Shown: positions 61,139-64,000 of the stretch, piece after piece | How positions within the stretch are numbered: the stretch's first letter is position 1 | Layout of the letters: each line of letters begins with the position of its first letter | From: Macrostomum hystrix | Taxonomy: Eukaryota > Animalia > Platyhelminthes | Assembly: GCA_950097015.1 (NCBI GenBank) | Contig: CATNEN010000003.1 | Span: forward strand, 4,030,001-4,094,000 | Length of the DNA stretch: 64,000 nt | Reading direction: 5' to 3' | The notes under the pieces: generated by a model | The model's database searches: none | Told to the model about the DNA's origin: nothing | What the model saw: only the letters and a program-made list of their open reading frames with translations | Made by a program: the position numbers and the translations under genes

Positions 61139-62095
61139 GTGGGCAGATGTAGACTTTTGGAAGTGCTGTGCAATATTGGCGGCTAAGCCACTGGTTGACG
61201 ACCATCTTAGATACGAGCGTATAACCTGAAATTCCTAATAACTATTATCACATTTTTTAATTAACCGCAATATGTTTTTTCCTGTTTGACCTGTTTCCTG
61301 TTTCCGAATGAGATTATTTTCTTATAAGCAGCACAATCTATTCAGCTTTTAAACAAGCCAAGATAATTGACTATTTAATCCATCTCAACTTTTGAGCTTG
61401 CTGTCAGTTAGTAATTCAAAGATTCGATTGACATAAAATCAATGTCTTCACACATTTGTGAATAGCAATGTTTAAACCTATATAAAAGGTATTCGTAGTT
61501 TCATAAAACATTCAATTAATTATTCAGCCAAATGGAATCGAAAGTTTTCAAGAACTAGTCAAATTTTCAGCTTTGAGTCTGCTTGTCTGTCATTTATAAT
61601 AAAAACTCTTGTATACTTTTTCCTTTTTATAAGATTTCTACTGCTGTGATACTACTAGCAAAGTAGAGTGATTAACTGTACCTGGTCTGAATTTTAATTT
61701 GTTAATTTTGATTGTATCACACATTTAGGTCGTGCTTGCCAAATGGAACTTTTTCATTCGGACTGCTCTGTTAATATAACAGGCAGGCATTAAATTGATA
61801 GTCATTAACGAATCATTGAATATTCAGCTCGTAGTTCCAGCATGACAATTAAAATCGAGTTCTCGACTTTCCTAGTACTTACTTAGCTCAGCTTCATAAT
61901 TAGCTCTTCCGTAAGCACAGCTGTAAGAGTTTAATGCATTGTTGACTTTTATTACACACATGACAAAATACAACGGAAACTATATGAAGTGTGAGTAGCA
62001 AGTAGCTTTTTACAGAAATACATAATTTCTGTACAACTGTGAGACAGCAGTACCATTCTTACTGTTCACTGGCTTTATTTTTGATTTCTGAAAAA

Positions 62096-62311
62096 ACCGC
62101 TCAGCTTGCCTGCCTTCCCTTTCCTCCAAGCGAGTTGGAGAAAAGCGGTCATCAATGGTTGCAGCCGAGCTATGCTAGATAGCAGCTGCAACCCGCTTCG
62201 CGCTCAGAAAGGCAGGCTTGGCCTCGTCCTCGCGGGTTTGGGTCCAGGGTCAATTTTGGTTGACGTCCTGGCGAAACATACTATAGAAATGATCCCTAAA
62301 AGTATGATCTT
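62096..62311 (-). ncRNA. U3: U3 small nucleolar RNA
   Basis: Minus strand starts AAGATCATACTTTTAGGGATCATTTCTATAG (boxes A'/A), then GAGGACGA (C'), GAGCGCGAAGC (B), TTGATGA (C) and CTGA (D) near the 3' end. Nested stems GCCTGCCTT/AAGGCAGGC and GGTTGCAGC/GCTGCAACC; 216 nt. Confidence 0.93.
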
Positions 62312-62986
62312 AAAGATTTGACAGGCAAATTCAAGGCTTTATGTAAAGAGTGTCTACGCAACTAAACAAGAGTCATTATTTTCGTAGAGTAAAACTTTAC
62401 CCCGACATAACGAGAGGGACATGATAAATTACTGTTTATATCAGTTAGCTAAGTAGCTAAGCAATTATTTTATTATGAAATTGTTACTTTAAAGATAATA
62501 AAACAAAAAGCCAAATAATAAATTTGACTTATCCTAGAGCTCTTTGTAAAATTAAATTGAAGACGAGAGCGATCAAACGAACTATTGCTCTACTATGAGT
62601 AATACTCGTTAAATCATTCGTCTGATCAACACATTGAGCAGTAGGCGCAAATTTATGTGTTCGATAATTTCAGCAATCGCGGAATAATTTTTTTTGTGTA
62701 TTTCATCATATAATAAAGAGAGAGAGAGATCAGTAACTGATAAAATTAAACGATTTGCATTGTGGAAAGTGATTCAGTGAAATCCGCAGCTTAACAAGAA
62801 TATCAACACCTCACAGTTAACTGTTCACAAAATCAGAAATGAAAAAAATGGTACTTTCGCGTCATGAGTGACTTAAATGACATAACTATAGCGATAATAA
62901 ATCAAATTAATGTTAACAGTTTAAATACAAAGTCTTTCTAGTGTGACCTTCAAAAGCCGTCAACAATCTTTAATAGAGTTTAGGAT

Positions 62987-63210
62987 GCTGAGGAAACTGC
63001 TCAAGGTGACTGTTCTCACAGCTGCGATTCCTAGGAAGTTTTTGGAGGCTGAGGAAACTGCTCAATGGGACTGTTCTCACAGCTGCGATTCCTAGGCAGT
63101 TTTTGGAGGCTGAGGAAACTGCTCAAGGTGACTGTTCTCACAGCTGCGATTCCTAGGCAGTTTTTGGAGGCTGAGGAAACTGCTCAAGGTGACTGTTCTC
63201 ACAGCTGCGA
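62987..63210. repeat. 61-bp tandem repeat
   Basis: TCAAGGTGAC-like phase at 63001, 63062, 63123 and 63184 (about 3.6 units). Confidence 0.9.
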
Positions 63211-63805
63211 TGCCATGTTTTGCAGGGTAAGGAGCCTAATAGGGCAAGCGAAAATAGTAGGAATTTAAAGAAATAATCAAAATAATTCCTAGGGAAGAAC
63301 AAAATTAGCAGCAGAAAATTATAACAAAAAATACTAAATGAAAAATATTGCAGGACTAAGAATTGCCAGTTGAAAAAAGACAATTAAGTTGCAAAAACTT
63401 AAAGTAGAAAGATAGAGCTGTTATTGCACTTTGAGACATAAATGAGGACTTTGAGCAAGTACGAGCAATGTAAAATACAACAATCACTACTCGAAAGTAG
63501 GATGAGACGAGCGACTATCAATAAAATAAACAGAAAGAGAAAAATCTTTTAATGTTTGACAAAATAAATTAGGACAGAAAATGTTAGCAAGAAATGTGCA
63601 ATACGTAATGTTTGAACACCAACAATGACATTTAGAATTGGTATTGCTTAGATACTTTATGCCCTGCAATACTATCAACACCTCATACTGAATTAGCTAA
63701 AATCAGAATAGCAATTGTATAGTGCACAGTGAAAGAAGTCAACCCTGATGAGGTTTAGCACCGAAAATTTATTTTACCGAGGTAAGCCTAGCCAGACACA
63801 GAGGA

Positions 63806-64000
63806 TCAGCCAACAATGAACTGTTTGTAATCTTTCAGTCGCTTCAGCTGGGATCGAATCGATTTGACTAGGTCGCTTGGTTGCAGCACCAGGCTAATCT
63901 CCTGGCCGTTGGCATTCAATCGAAGCGCCACCTCCTTGGGCTCGGGCCAGAGGCTCAGCGGCCGGCCGTTGACCTCCGTGATGGTCCAGGTGCAAAAATT
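63806..64000 (-). CDS. 3' coding end of an unrelated gene, PDZ-like C-terminal segment (runs off the window)
   Basis: Open GC-rich frame NFCTWTITEVNGRPLSLWPEPKEVALRLNANGQEISLVLQPSDLVKSIRSQLKRLKDYKQFIVG-stop. ITEVNG..L followed by a helix and ISLVLQ resembles the second half of a PDZ fold. Confidence 0.7.
   Translation of the reverse strand, partial: NFCTWTITEVNGRPLSLWPEPKEVALRLNANGQEISLVLQPSDLVKSIRSQLKRLKDYKQFIVG

Overview
Eukaryotic (animal-type) genomic DNA with short spliceosomal introns, dense minisatellites and decayed transposons. It resembles a repeat-rich invertebrate such as a flatworm, but the species cannot be fixed from this sequence. The ORF track misses the main feature because it is spliced: a tandem array of seven + strand paralogues (about 0.2-61.1 kb) of a six-exon type I membrane protein gene. 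Exon phases are conserved and exon 3 is 76 nt in every copy. By motif reading, each encodes signal peptide - divergent CUB-like domain - divergent C-type-lectin-like domain (CTLD) - stalk - transmembrane helix - tail. Copies 1-5 share a near-identical 0.75-1 kb cassette (exons 2-4/5 plus their introns) joined to three very different last exons, which carry the C-terminal half of the CTLD, the TM helix and the tail. Tails range from nearly absent to one bearing an ITIM consensus (LEYISV). This is the layout expected of a gene-conversion-driven, paired-receptor-like recognition locus (inference). Between and inside the genes lie mariner, Tc1, MULE and Harbinger DNA transposon relics, Gypsy and BEL/Pao LTR elements, a LINE RNase H relic, tRNA-derived SINEs and more than 15 tandem repeats. 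A U3 snoRNA gene (62096-62311, minus) and the 3' end of an unrelated PDZ-like gene close the window.
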